Source: Hyphochytrium catenoides (Eukaryota; Protista; Hyphochytriomycota). From it: a stretch of DNA of 64,000 bases. The number at the start of each line of letters is the position of its first letter. Position 1 is the stretch's first letter. Positions 11,560 to 25,579 of this stretch are shown here, piece after piece. The notes beneath the pieces were generated by a model that saw nothing but the letters and a program-made list of their open reading frames with translations, ran no database searches and was not told where the DNA came from. The stretch covers positions 20,103 to 84,102 of the forward strand of contig FLMG01003519.1 in the NCBI GenBank assembly GCA_900088475.1. The letters are read 5' to 3'. A program made the position numbers and the translations under genes.

Positions 11560-12974
11560 CTAGTCGTCCCAAAGTAACTCCTGGACCCGATGAACTTGTA
11601 GCTCATTGGAGCCAGACTCCTTATCCATATGACGGAGAAACACGAGATTCTCAATCTCCCCTACTACCACCTAGACAAGACAAACATTTAGGGCTAGGGC
11701 TGCATCGAGTGAAAGAGAGTGGTCACTGTTGTTACCTCAACTGTCGTCAGAACAGTTCCTTCAATCAAGCTTCCTCCAATAACGCGACCGTCAGAATCTG
11801 ACACTGCAATGTTGATGCTATGGGTCTCTCCTGGCCCAATAGTGCCCGACAATGACACTATTTCAACCGGTGCGTTGATCACAATAGTATTGTCCGTGGT
11901 GCTCTCCATCGTAGGAAGGGCTGAGGCAGTACGTAAGCTTACTGTCTTCAAGTTGCCAACCACTGTCTGAATGAAAGCAGCCTTAAGACGGTTCTTTCGG
12001 GCGAAGCTGAGAATGGTATTCTTGAGGTCTTGTCCAGCGCGTAGCCTCATCGCATACACGCGGACATGACCGCCACCGCTTGAGACAGGCAAATCCGCTG
12101 TAAAAGGGCGAGTCAGCTCAATATTACCACCCGTTTTTCTTTCCTCTAATGGACAAAATCTCCTTTTTGCTGAACGTGACGACTAAATCAACTTACAGGC
12201 CATGTAATCTGCATCCATGTATTCTCCTCCTTCTCCCAAGATACGGCGACGCTTAGGTCTTGATATCGCCGTCGGATCAGAACCTTCTAGCGCTGGTAAA
12301 TTAGCAGGAGCACCGCTAAATAGGTAGAACGGAGCAAGTCAGAATACGTAACGATTGATGTATACCTCACCAGCTCACGTGAGCTCCCAGATTCTTTGCT
12401 CTACATCTTAAAGCTTACCCTTTCTTTCTCAGGCTAGGATTGGTCTTAATGTATGCCACAACTACGTTCTTCGGGATGTTTGAGAATTTTTGATGAATCT
12501 GTTGCGTGCATACGAGTGAGCTACCGAATAGGTGGCTAGCGAAAAGGGGACCCATACCACTTGATGAACTTTGTTGATTCCAGCATAGCCAAGCTTGACG
12601 CGATAAATCTGATCGATCGTATCAAACCATTCCCGGGGAGGACAAACCCTAAGCATGGTGCTCGTTCCTTGTTCGCTTTTGCTTCCCTGGCGAAAAAGTG
12701 CATATTTTGGTTGAGATCCATCGGGAGATGAGCAAAGACGTCTGGTAAAGTCAGTCTTTAGCATGTGCTTGAGCTTTGCAATCCGAGCTCGGTCCATTCC
12801 TTCCCATCTATGTGGGTTGGAGTCATCCAGCAGCGAAAGGTATAGGTCGTACTTCTCGTCGGTGATAATTTTCTGGGACTTCATTATGTCGGATGCGAAG
12901 ACCAGCCGCTCAAACTCAGCTTTGTGGTCCTCGCGGCTGATCACCGGTTCATTGGCCACTCCCGGAGACGTCAT
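11560..12974 (-). CDS. Fusion protein: degenerate integrase Zn-binding (H2C2/KRBA2-like) domain + NLS + PPC/DUF296 domain, 5 exons
   Basis: Four GT-AG introns join MTSPGV...GYAGINKVHQV|IHQKFSNIPKNVVVAYIKTNPSLRKKG|GAP...RPKRRRI...|DLPVSSGGGHVRVYAMRLRAGQDLK...EIVSLSGTI...VSDSDGRVIGGSL...TTVE|VVVGEIENLVFLRHMDKESGSNELQV in one frame. The PPC motifs are clear; the N-terminal assignment is less certain. Confidence 0.8.
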
Positions 12975-14208
12975 GATGCCAACCCTTAACCCTATCAACG
13001 AACTCCAAGCAGAAGTAGACGTATCTGATGGCAAGCTCCGTCTTGCCGGGCAATCTGCACTTGTCGCTTTGATCGTCGCAGCTCTGCAGAAGAACTCGCT
13101 GAGCTTGCTCACTGGGCAACAACAGCAAAAGCTGGTGAACGGAGAAATTCAAATTCAGAAAGAAGCCAGAACAGACAAAGCCCATTGTCGATGAGAGGGC
13201 CGTCCCACCCATCCTGCCTCTATAAATAGGATGTAATATTTGCCAAAACGGGTGGGCCATCTCCTGGGTTGCCAATAATGTCAATAAGTTTGAGACATGA
13301 CAAGATGTGAATAACAATTATTCACAATACATCACAAGTAACCTCCAGGCAGCTGCTTACTTACTGCTTATCTTGTACAAAATCAATAGCTGCATTGTCA
13401 ATTATGGACTCTTAGCGTTAGTGAAAGATTGAGATTATTGACTAAGCACTGAAAGGGCACAGCGGAAGGTGCATTGTCTATGGTGCTCAAGAGGTCAGTA
13501 TATTTATCGGCTTATCGGCTGATCATCGCAACCGAAAGAGATTTTGAAGATGATCAGCCAGTCATCGGAGGAATCTATCGTGCGTGATAATGGGAGAGGG
13601 AAGCAAGCTTTGCATGTTGGTGACCAAGCGGTTTGCTGAAACATCTGTCTTTTCAACAGCCCAATAGCCCCACATTCGGTTCGCATCCATAAACGGAGAT
13701 CTTCTACGCCCTCGGAGCAGCTAGCTGTAGTCGATCCGCTGGGAGTGCGGCTACCTTGGTAGAGTGTGCTTTCCTTTCAGCTCCCTAAGCGCCAACATTA
13801 GAGGCGGCGGCCGGGATTGTGCAGATCCGAAAGGTCGATCGACCTCAACTGCAGATCTCTTACTAATAATTGTTCTTAGCTCATCAGCGCACTATGTTAA
13901 TGTCTCTGGCTCTCAGTTCCATCCCGGACTGAGCAATTCCTAAACAAGGATAAGAAGCGCTTCAAGATCCGTTGTTATGAGCCCTAGTTGATGTTATGAG
14001 ACCTCGGGAGTTGGATAGAGAACATCTTACACAATATCTTACTCGCAGCGCAGATAGAATGATGACCATGGGTTACTCAACTTTTATTATGATCGACACG
14101 TAGATACAAAGAAGTAGACGGACATAAGGCAACGACAAACAGATATAGCTAAAAGAAAGCTCTTCCTTTCTATCCTCCTAGAGCCATTTTGAGGAGTGAG
14201 GAAGGATC

Positions 14209-17200
14209 TTACTGAGAAGTAGCTGGTCCTTTGAGGAAGAAATTGGACAGCGAGGCTACAGGTCCTCCACCTTGCCTTGGGCCGACAGGAGTTTTCATCG
14301 TCACGTAGTCAACTATTCCTTCTCGACTCTCGTAGGCACCAATCTTGGGGAAAGATGGTGAAGCGATTGGCGCTGCTTGTACCCTTGTACTCACGATGCC
14401 CCCCTTCTGAAACCTATCGAGTGGTTCTGTCGGTGGCATATCTGGCCCCCTGTTCCCTTGTCTTGACAATCTTGAAGCAATGACGGAAAGGCTAAGCGGA
14501 GGAGCTGCATAACTCTTCTCAAACGGTGCAGATCCAGACCCGGAGTGAATCGCACTTAAGAGTGTGCCTCGCTGTGCAGGCAATGTCGTATGACGGTCAC
14601 GAAAGTGAGGACTAATCCAGCCGTCAGGCTCCAATATGTCTCCATTCTGCTTCTCCAAAAACAGGTGGTTGGTTAACGCTAAAAGGCAGCGTCTATATTT
14701 CGTTAACAGGTGGCTGCTAACTTTGCGGTTGGCCCTGCGCACACGCCGTTCCAAAAAGGATGGGTTGATCATCACACTTCCGACCTTGGTGATCACGACC
14801 TCAGTGCCGATATGCTTGAAGTTTTCTCCAATCCAGCCGGGCATGGATAGGATCCCGACAATCATGTCTCCATCACAGACGAGGCGGTAGGCATACGGGA
14901 TGACTTGATTGAAGATGTTTGCGAACTGGAGGTTGCCCACTCTTGGAGATCCGAAGTTGACTAGTCCAACCCAGTTGCGCAATCTGCCCTCTAGCTTCAG
15001 ATCAAGTGCAGCGAGTGTGGCGAGGGCGCCGCCAAGACTGCAGATGAAAGAGAGGAGATAGTTTAGTAAAGAAGCGTCAATAATGAAGACTAGAAAAAAA
15101 GCAAATCATATAATACCTGTGTCCGGTACAGAGTATATCCCAATTAGCCGTTGGACCGCTTCTGACAATCTCCAACACGCTCTCTAGAACCTCCTCCCGA
15201 ACTGCGGAATAGGCTTTCCAAAACCCCGAATGAATCTTGCATTGGCGAGCTTCGCCTTCCACAGTGAAGGTTGCCTTGGTCTTGACAAGCAGGACATCAA
15301 CGCCGACGTTCCTTCAGAAACGGAGAAAATGACAGCCCAATTATGACTCAGTATTGACCCGATCCTTGCGACTACTGCTCTTACCTGAAGCTGCTCGTTC
15401 CTCTGAAGGCTATCACTATCTGTCCTCTCCCCACAGCGATGAGCCCATGAGTATCATGCTCTTCATTGTGGATATACTTCACAATACGGTAGCCTAACTC
15501 TTCGAAGCGGAGCTCATCGATGGTAGCCTCCATCGAAGTACCAATGGCTGGATGAAGAAGTGTGACATATAGGCGCGCAATGCGTGGTGGACTCAATTCA
15601 TCGAGGAGAAAAGCGATTGTAACAGGGACATAGAGATAAAACCAGGAATAAGGCCCACGACAAATTCAAGAAGACTCTGACAGGAGCCGTGTCCCCTAGC
15701 GATAGAGATTGCGGTTTTATGGCGAGTGTACCTGTTGGGGGCGGGAGGTAAACTTCATGCGAAAAGTTGAACATGTTGCAAGCAGTTTCCACGCAAAAGT
15801 ACTTTTTATGCTGGGACGGGCTCTTAGGATCTTTCCCTACTTTCCTGTCGTACCTATAGAGAGGACAAAGAGGACATAAGACCGAGATATGGGTACTGGC
15901 CATCATCATTCTTCTTAGCCTGTGCATTCATCAACTTACCTCAAGGCCCCATTCTCTCGGTACACAAATTTCCTTCTGATCTTGCTCTTGCCACTGGGCA
16001 CATAGAAGAAGAACGCCAAAGTCACGACCATAGTGAACTCAAAGAGCGCCTTCAATCTTGGAATGTAGGGTCTCGCCAACCCAGATACCACTAAAGAGCA
16101 GTGGTGAGGGCAGGTTAGAGACGTCACCTGCCGAGAAAATTTACGGATCATCTCACCTGAGGCCTCTGTTTCGGTAGGGACTGACTGGAATAAGGCAGGT
16201 GGGGCGAGGAACTCCACGCTCTTTTCCACAAAGTAGAGTATCAAGTAAAGGATGAGCTGCGGTAAGAGACATTGGTCGTTTAGAGGCTATTCCTATAAGA
16301 TACGGAGGGAAAATAGTCGTACTCACCATGGGGCGAAGGGTGCGGTAGCTCAACTGCTGAAAGCGAGAAGAAATATAGGGGATGGGCCTCAAGAAGACAC
16401 CCGTTCGATACAGGACGAACATGAGATAGAAAAGAAAGAGGCAGTTCATTCCGAACATCACGCTCATCATCACCACAACGAGAACTCCATCTTCAGTTGA
16501 AGTCAGGTCTACTCCGGTCATGGGGTAAGGGTCGGGCCTCTTCTTAAAGTAGAGAATGGCGCAAGCATGGACCGCTAAATGGGCGATGACATATAGTGTT
16601 TTGCCGATGTAGAAACCAGCTGTCGGAGAGGTCCCATTTAGACGAAGACCGTCCTAAACAGATTGTAGAAGATATCTTTGAATACAGGGTCCTAAAGGAG
16701 AAAAATTTAGCTGCGCTCTTACCACCAGACAGACGAGGAAGACGTTGAAAAAAACCCGTGCTAAGCCCCCTAATATTGATGAGGCTAGTCCCAGTGAGTG
16801 ACCGTAAGCAGCTCCAAGCTCCAGTACCAATCCTGCAAGATTCTAAGGATGAGCGTGTCAGACCCATAGGAGGCCAGCATACGCGTGAGAGCAATGACAC
16901 AATCCACACCTGCTTGAGAATCATTGTCACAACCAGCAAGCAGACAAATCTTCTCTCAAGAAGCCAGTTCTGCCAGCCTTTGCCAAACTTGAGCAATGCG
17001 CGCATATAAATGGCTAATGTCACGATGGACAATAACACCATAATGATAGTACTAGCAGCGAGGAAGTAGCCCCAGAAGTTTGGTGAGCCCGTATAGAAGA
17101 CAGTCGGGATCGCATGCTTAGCGTTCCCTGCCAACGCGATGTTCGTTTGGCGGAGAACGACCTTCGCCGGGAATATACTTGTCGACTCGGTGGAACTACC

Positions 17201-19064
17201 CTTAGTTTCCGCCTAGGACAGAGGTACCAGGCTTAGGGCGATATAAAGAAGACAGCTGGCGCAAAACGTTTTAGGTGTACCCTAAACACATTTTCTCCGC
17301 AATAGAGCTTGTATTTCTCTGCCTGTGCTGGCGATGCCCCTTCCAGACCTTGTTTGGATCCGGAGCATGCAAAGTACCAAGCTGTGCCGGTTACGTTTGC
17401 CTGAAAATTGATGCTGAAGTCGGAGAAAGAGCCTTGTCGGCCCTGTGGCAGAAGAAAAGAGTCAGGTTAAAAGGCTGGAGAGACATGCACGGTGAAGCTA
17501 ACTTAAGAGGTACGGTCCTACGTGAATATCTGAGCCGAACGGCAGACTGAAGACAGGTCTTTTAGTGCAGATGGCCCGATTTTTAGCAAGGTTCTTTGCT
17601 GGTGTCGTGGTTTGGTCCCTCCAAAGCGGCACAATTGAAGAGCTACCGCCGGTGCAGACTGATGGTGCTGGAGGATTGAGCTTCTGAATAACCTGGACCC
17701 GTTTTCCGCCCCTTGTTCCCATCATCGAAACAGTGACATCGAATGTCATGTCCATAGACCAGCCATCAAAGATTGGTGTTTCGCTGGTATTCCCGGCAAT
17801 CGGTGCCGCAGCTGCTAGTTGGTCCCAAAAATATGTTCTAGAGCCATTCGCTACCCTGTACACAGGGTTTGAGGAGGAACCCCTTAGCGTTGTTTCGTCC
17901 AAAATGAGTGTTAGTAAGTCCTTCTCAGTGCCGACGTTTTGAAGATAAACTTCTGGTGCCCATGAGTATCTATAGCCAATGCTGTCCAGCAGCTCTCCAC
18001 CGGTAGAGAAGGTGAATGATCCAGACATCAGGGTAGAGGATCCGAGGGTCTTGTATAGGAGTAGATCTGGATTCTCTAAGATCCGAATTTCCCCACTGCT
18101 AGAGGCTTGAAGGACAATCACAATCAAGGCGATAACTGTCAAGAAGACGCCGAGCATCCCCATAAAAGTGGCTTTGATAACTCCAGGAGACAGTTCCTCC
18201 AGCTTGATGCGATAGCTGTCCATTGTGACGCCGGACGGAGCGTACGCAAGCTAGGGATAGAGATACCATCAGCGGGCATATGATTTGGAAGACGACGTGG
18301 TGCTTCTTCGGAGTTGACTTACCCGTCTGGGATCTACCCATCCCTTCCTCTCAAGCCGCTCAATCATTGGATTGGCCACAGCGGCCTCTTCTAAGTCTTC
18401 AACCTTTGGATTGCGATCTTTTATATGGCTATGGGGTCGTTCTCCAGCTGCATCACCAGAGAGACGGGCGAAGGTATGGGCAGCTCTTTCAGAGATGACG
18501 CGGCCATTAAGATGCCTTATTCCCACACTAATAAGGCTAGTGAGCTTCTTCTTGGTCTTTTTTAGCTGCCTTCCTCCCCAGCAAGAGGTGACGACGCAGC
18601 TGAGTAACATGAGGCAGAAGGTAAAGATTACCAGCAACGGCATAGAAAACCATACTACCGTCCCTACTCCCGTAAGCTCGCAGAATCCCTGAAACACTAT
18701 GGTTTCATTGAATGCCGTCACTGCCCTTCTCTGGCACTTTGAGAGCCAATCCAAACAAGAGCACTGCAAGTTCCCAACGTTGATGCAATTTCTAGTCGAG
18801 TTTGACACGTCTACAAACGGTGTTTTGAGCCCCACCATGGACATGTAGCCCTCATAGAAGTTTTGAGGAAGAAGCCTAAAGCTCCTGGGAGGAAAGAGGC
18901 GGGACTCTTGGATCGTGCATTGGTGGTCGGCCGTCACCTGAAGGAGCTGCAAGAGCTGTATGGAACAATGCTTACCATTAGCTGGGTCTGGGAACACCAG
19001 ACAGGAAGTAAAATAACCTTACCAGTCCAACTGTAAGAATGGTTAGCTGCATCTTCTGAGCCAT
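14209..19064 (-). CDS. Signal peptide + Cys ectodomain + TM + TMEM181/Wntless-like multipass domain + C-terminal class 3 lipase
   Basis: GT-AG splicing links ORFs 18269-18997, 17498-18223, 16544-17134, 16153-16521, 15936-16244 and later ones. Lipase motifs: IVIAFRGT, KIHSGFWKAY, TGH|SLGGALA, NFGSPRVGN, DMIV, SSHLLTKY. TMEM181-like motifs: WLLERRFV, DGLR..FYIGK, LFYLMFVLYR...LRPIPYISSRF. Confidence 0.85.
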
Positions 19065-20566
19065 CAGGCTGCACTGAACCATCATATTAGGCTACTACGA
19101 GGTGTAGCAAGCATTACTTGAAGGTAATAGAGGTTCATCCCGGCCTGCGCCTCCGACAGCATCTACTTGGCTGCAGCATGGCATCATATATCTACCTCTT
19201 TGCAAGGAAGAGAGGATGGGGTCTTTTTTCCTGGAGTCTTCCTATCCAACGCTAATGAACACGCAGCATCGAGTTCCCTGCAATGGACTTTAGACGGAAG
19301 ATGATGATAGTGATGCACATCTGCAGCGACTGTTACTGCTAGAGCTTTACGAGGGATCCTGAGGGCGCAGGTCTTACAACGGGTGGAACTAGGAAGTCTG
19401 AGTTTCAGGTAAGTTCCTTCAGCGCCGAGATCTCTCTGAAGCTCCACAGATCATCATGCTGGCGGGCAACTCTCTGCTGCTTCAAGCTGGCTTCATTGAA
19501 CATCATCTTCGGTAGTGTATGCAAAGCCTTTCTCTATGGGCTGATGATTGAGAGTCAGTCCCCTGACCGCTTTCCACACTTTAGACTAGATCCTCACTTC
19601 TCGTGATGGAAACATTTCAAGCAATCGACCATGGAACTTTGTTTCTTTCATACGGAGTATATACAGGAGAGAACACCAGTAATTTAGAATATAGTGGGCT
19701 TGGCGAGTACTGTAGTTTTTACCCAATCAGTGGATAATACAGATAGATAGGGAAGTTAAGGCTATCCAGGATAGCAAACTTGCAAAACCTTCTTCACAAT
19801 AATGTCAGGAAATCTACAGGTCAGCTGGTCTAAGAAGGAGGGAGATACACTCCCTACATCCACTGTAGAACTGACTCTCATCAGAGTCAATAGTTGGGCC
19901 TTCTGGTGTCCGTCCGATAACCCTCGAGGAAGATGCAGGTTGGGACGTGTGATGTGAGGAGAGGGCGGAGAGAGGAAGGAAGAAAAGTTGCCATCTTCGT
20001 AAGGCCTTCATTACGAGTAGAACCTCCTCCTGGTCAAATCTCTTCTGACTTGCTCGTTGAGGCCTCCCTAGGATGGCCTGTGGCAGAGTTTGGATTGTTA
20101 TTATTGCTGTTGCTAACCGTTTCCCTGAGCCGCTAACCGCTAGAGAGTGCACCTGTAGAAGCCTGGAGGAGAAAGGTAAAGGTGCATCATGGGCACCCGA
20201 AAGGGCACACTCCTCACGCCTGATGATGGAGCAGTAGGATAATATAAAAGCAAGCTAAGACGCACATTCAATAAGTTTTAGGGCTATCTGGAACTCCGAG
20301 CTGCCTCTCTCTCTTGTCTCTTATAAAAAGACCTGACCACCGCGTTTGATCCATAAGCTACGACTATTACGCATTCCTTCTGATCACCTTTTCCTTCTCT
20401 TGCTCGCCTCCTGTAAGTCTTTCTCCTTTCTCCAAGGCTGCTTGATGATGACATAACGTGTCGAGGGATTGCGCAACCAAAGCACACTTCGAACGTGGCC
20501 TAAGACACGCTCAAGAACAATGATGGCCACAAGGAAACAGAACGTAAGTCCAACGCCTTGACTCTC

Positions 20567-21449
20567 ATGTCTGCTAAGTTTGCACCGGTAAGTGGTATGA
20601 ACAAAGGGGACTCATGATCCCTCTCCTCAGTCGAGTGGCAGGCCTTCTGGAGGGCACTGTGAGCTTGATCCTTGCGAACATAATAATCCTGTGGCGGATG
20701 GCGTTGGTCCGGAGCTGAATGCAGAAACAGCGACAGACAACCAAAAGTCGCAGGAGTCTGGGGTTCCTGCATGCCTCTCACAGCTCAGGTACATACCAAG
20801 ATGGAATTGGTGGATATCGGCCCCTCAAAACACTGCGCAGGCGGGCATTGCAGGATTTAAGGGCTGAGCGTGACCATTGGCTCCAGAAAGAGAAAGATCT
20901 GGCCAAGTTAGTGAGTGCTTTTTTATATGACGGTGACCTCAAGAAGGTATGCGAGTCACGGCGTCGGGCCTCGAGCTCTCAAACCTCACTTGGTGACAGA
21001 GTCAAAATGTAGGGTGCGGAGCTTCAGGCAATGTTCAGCGGAAGGCTATCCTCTAGCAATTCCAAGGTAGACACAACAGGGCTAACGTTCTCCCAGCGCT
21101 TATAGTACTCATTCTAGTGCTCCATAGGACAAAATTGCAGAAGCCGAGAAGGTTATTCAGCACTTAGAGCAGCACTTGAGTGCATCATCAGACATCAGAA
21201 ATGCAGAGAAATCAACGACGGTTGGCCCCAGGGACATCGACAGGAATAGCACGGTGGGATCGGACCGCTGCCAAGGGTGTTCCCACATGCATAAGCAACT
21301 GAAGGCAGAGCAGCTGGCGAAGCTGCAACTGATCCGAGAGAACGCGATGTTAGCTGATCACATTGCTGACTTAGAAAAGCTGGTAGGTACCCGAGATGCG
21401 AGATTTGCATGACTAGCCCTGATCCTTATCTATGCAGCTCGAGTCCTAA
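20567..21449 (+). CDS. Hypothetical coiled-coil protein, ~6 exons
   Basis: Consistent GT-AG model: MSAKFAP|SSG...SQLR|RALQDLRAERDHWLQKEKDLAK...KK|GAELQ...SK|DKIAEAEKVIQHLEQHL...QLIRENAMLADHIADLEKL|LES*. The start codon is uncertain. Confidence 0.6.
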
Positions 21450-22113
21450 GAGTCTCAAGTCAGACTCCTCAGTCACAGTAAGTTAGATTCCCCTTACTCA
21501 AAAGTAGATACCTTTTCTTGACACCCAGGAGATTGGAAGAGCAGCACGACCCTCTTCAAGAGTTTCAAATGATTATCATTGAGGTAGCGCTGAGCCTAAG
21601 GTTTCGATATGAGGACTGGGGAAAAAGCCACATTGCGAGCCAGTCTCACCTTCTCTAAATCATCATGTGTTACCGCTCCGCTACATATAAAGGGCAGCAA
21701 AAGGGTTGGTGCCTCAGGGTGTCATAGTCCCGATATAATAAGCCTCCTACCTTATGATCCGCATGACCAGGTCGATGTGCTGCTTTAACATGTGGTTGTC
21801 TGGTTCAAGCCAGTAAGCTGAACGCAGAAGCCCCAACGCACAGCTCTGGGTATCATTGTGCTCTAAGTGGAAACGTTGACGCTTTAGGCTGGACGCCCCC
21901 AGATAGCACAGAGCTGACTAATCTCAATATGAGCTACATGTGACAAGATTTCACGTAGACCGACGAAGAGCGGCGAAGATCGTACCTTATAAAAGGCTAG
22001 TGTATGATTGGGAAACCTTCATGGTAGACAAAAGAGGATGGAGTTAGCAGTTCCCTCAAAAGCGCAAACCGGCGCAATGCAATCACCGATTGAGTAGTTC
22101 CAGGAACGTCTCC

Positions 22114-23400
22114 CTAGCCTTCAGAATCTGAAGCAAGAGGTCTCTTAGCACTAGCAAGGACTTTGCAGCGACAAGCTGGCCAAGTTATGCTTACATCATC
22201 CTCGCCCACAGCGGCCTCAGCTTCCTCATAGAGGTAGACGGCTAGTTCAACCTCCTCTGCTGTCAACCTTTGGCCGCGTCTACTTACAGGTCTAAATTTA
22301 GAGTGATGGAAGACCGTTGTACGAGAACTAGATGAGTACCTGTTAAGTAGTCTACGTGCCGCCTTCACGAGCTCGAAGCGGTCAGGGTTATAATCATAGG
22401 TAAAGCTGCTGCTAAACTGTGATAAAGTCCTCAGTCAACCTAATTCAGACAAGACTGGGTACGTAGCTCACCAACTCTGCTCTGGGTAGCGCCAGAAGGG
22501 GGAATGGCCTCCAGTCAGGGTCTTCGCGGACTAGCTTCTCAACCTGGAAGATGTCAGAAGATTCTTCATCAGTGCCTAACATCAATTAGGCCAACCTGCT
22601 CTGATGCCGACTCATCTAATATTCGCGATGGATAGAGACTTGGCGCACTGTTGTGCGCTGGATTTGTAACTATCTGCCTGCAGAAAGCGACAGCTTCACA
22701 CAGAGTTCAAAAGTTCCACCTTAAGAACTAATGGCATATTACCGAAGCTTCAAAATCCGAACCCTGCGGTCCTCAGCCACGCTTCCTGATTCCTCCACCT
22801 TCGTCGATGGCCGGGTACCGACATCAATCTCCTCAACCTGACTGGAGCCACCAGCTGTCGCTTGCGGAAGCTTTAGGGTCCCCAGGGACCTCATAGCGAT
22901 GCCTGAAGGAAGGTCTTCTACATGTAAATAGCTGTTGAGTACGTTTAGCGATCACGGGCAAGAACAGAGGAGGGTCCTCATCGTAAAGGAACAAGCGCTT
23001 GGTAGCTACTAACGAGTGCTCGAGGTTGCTTCCCAGCTTCAGAGTTCATTGCAGGCGTCGCAAGAGCTGAGTACTGCTGCCGATGGCCGGTCGGCTTGGT
23101 ATGATGACGGAGGCAAAGAGAACGCAGAGGTAGCGGAGGACGCTGCCGTCATCTTGTCTCTTCGTTTCGCATTGACTCTGGTTTACCCACCTTCAACATC
23201 GTATCATCTCTTTTGCTACGAACTGTTGTTGTACAACCACCATAGTCTCCCAAGATAGCCGCTTTTTACAACTCTTTGCACGTATAAGGCCCCCTTCCGA
23301 TCCCAGTTATGATGTTGCCCAAGCAGTGAGTGTAACTTGAGGTGACCTCCTCCATCATCTGTCAGGCAGGTTCAATCCTTCGCATCTTCTTCATAGTAGT
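22114..23400 (-). CDS. Hypothetical multi-exon protein; 5' end unresolved
   Basis: Exons join in frame: ...RPSFRHRYEVPG...RILKLR|QIVTNP...SEQ|VEKLVREDPDWRPFPLLALPRAEL|FSSSFTYDYNPDRFELVKAARR... Confidence 0.45.
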
Positions 23401-23867
23401 GTAGGCCTACTTCTTCTTCTCCTTATTGCGTCATTGTCCTCTCTTCGTCAAGCTAATAATGTGTTCTGGTGGTCGTTGCACCAGTCCCTCGTCAACCAAG
23501 ATAACGATATAATGCAACAACGCCTTCTTGTCACCGCCCACTACCAACAGCTACCTACTACTGGGAATCGCGGTTCTCACTCATAATAACTACTTAGAGT
23601 TGTCCCTGTACCCCCAGAGAACCTAGACAGGCCCATGCATTCTTCCTCGAGCGCTGAACAGACGCAGAAGTGCACAAGCGACTATTGTATTATCCGCTAT
23701 CTGGCGGATTGGGGCGATGTTTCCAGCTAAGTCTTGTTGGAACCACGGTTGTGTACAGCAGCTTTTCAATGCAGTATTCTTACTCATCGGTACAATAATA
23801 ACCGGCTGGTTATGGCACCAAATCTCCGCATACGTCGGTCCGGGGGAGGGAGGTACAGTGAGGAACC

Positions 23868-24788
<921 letters not shown>

Positions 24789-25579
24789 CACAGCTAAGAT
24801 TGCCAACCCTAGTTGGTGAGTGCCCTACTTTTCAGGAGCTTGTGATATGCTTTCTTGGCCCTTGGATACAAGCAATAAGCTTGCCCTAAAATAAAGCAAA
24901 AGCCGTTTACAGACAGATACTCCAGGAGGCCCGTAATAATAACACGCAAGATCCTCCTGTGGCCTTCAATAAGAACCCGACGCAATCCTATCTGGTAACG
25001 GCTAGCCTTAGATTGTCTGTTCTTCGTTCACTGTGTGCCTTTTCAATAGTAGAACTAATCTCTTTCTCACCAAACGAAGAAAAAGAGCTTTCCAGTTCTG
25101 CAGGTGGTACACAGAGCTCCTCCCTTAATAACAGCCGGCCGCTCTGAACAAGTGTCCAGTGGAATGGTGTTGCAAGCAGTTTCCTTGATCTGATTCTTCA
25201 CCGTGCTCAAGATGAAAGGCTGCCGGTAGTGTCTGGGCAGCCATTGCCTCTTATTTCGTCCTAGTAGCAGCACCAGGGTTCAAAATAATAATGGCTATGC
25301 CTCTAGTAGTGAAGCACCTATTGATAGAGGCAACAATATCTTCAAACGCCTAGTAGCTCCAGCAGCATAAAGTTCAGTCCTGGGGTCCATATTAGCTGTT
25401 GCTTGTAGTAGGCACTGTGCCTCTCTTTGGTTTGCCCTCAGTACCTGAGCCGACTGAACCTTGAACAACCATCGTATGCCGCTCTTCCATCTGTGTCACT
25501 ACTCATGTGGCCAACGCTTATTACAAAGAAACACTTGTATGGATTACTCTATGACGTTACGTTATGGCTACAAGGGCTA

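Noticed and set aside
18269-18997. Separate small membrane-protein gene 46 bp upstream of the lipase gene (operon-like spacing)
   Set aside because: A strong GTAAGT...CCCTAG intron (18251-18322) joins it in frame to the downstream gene.
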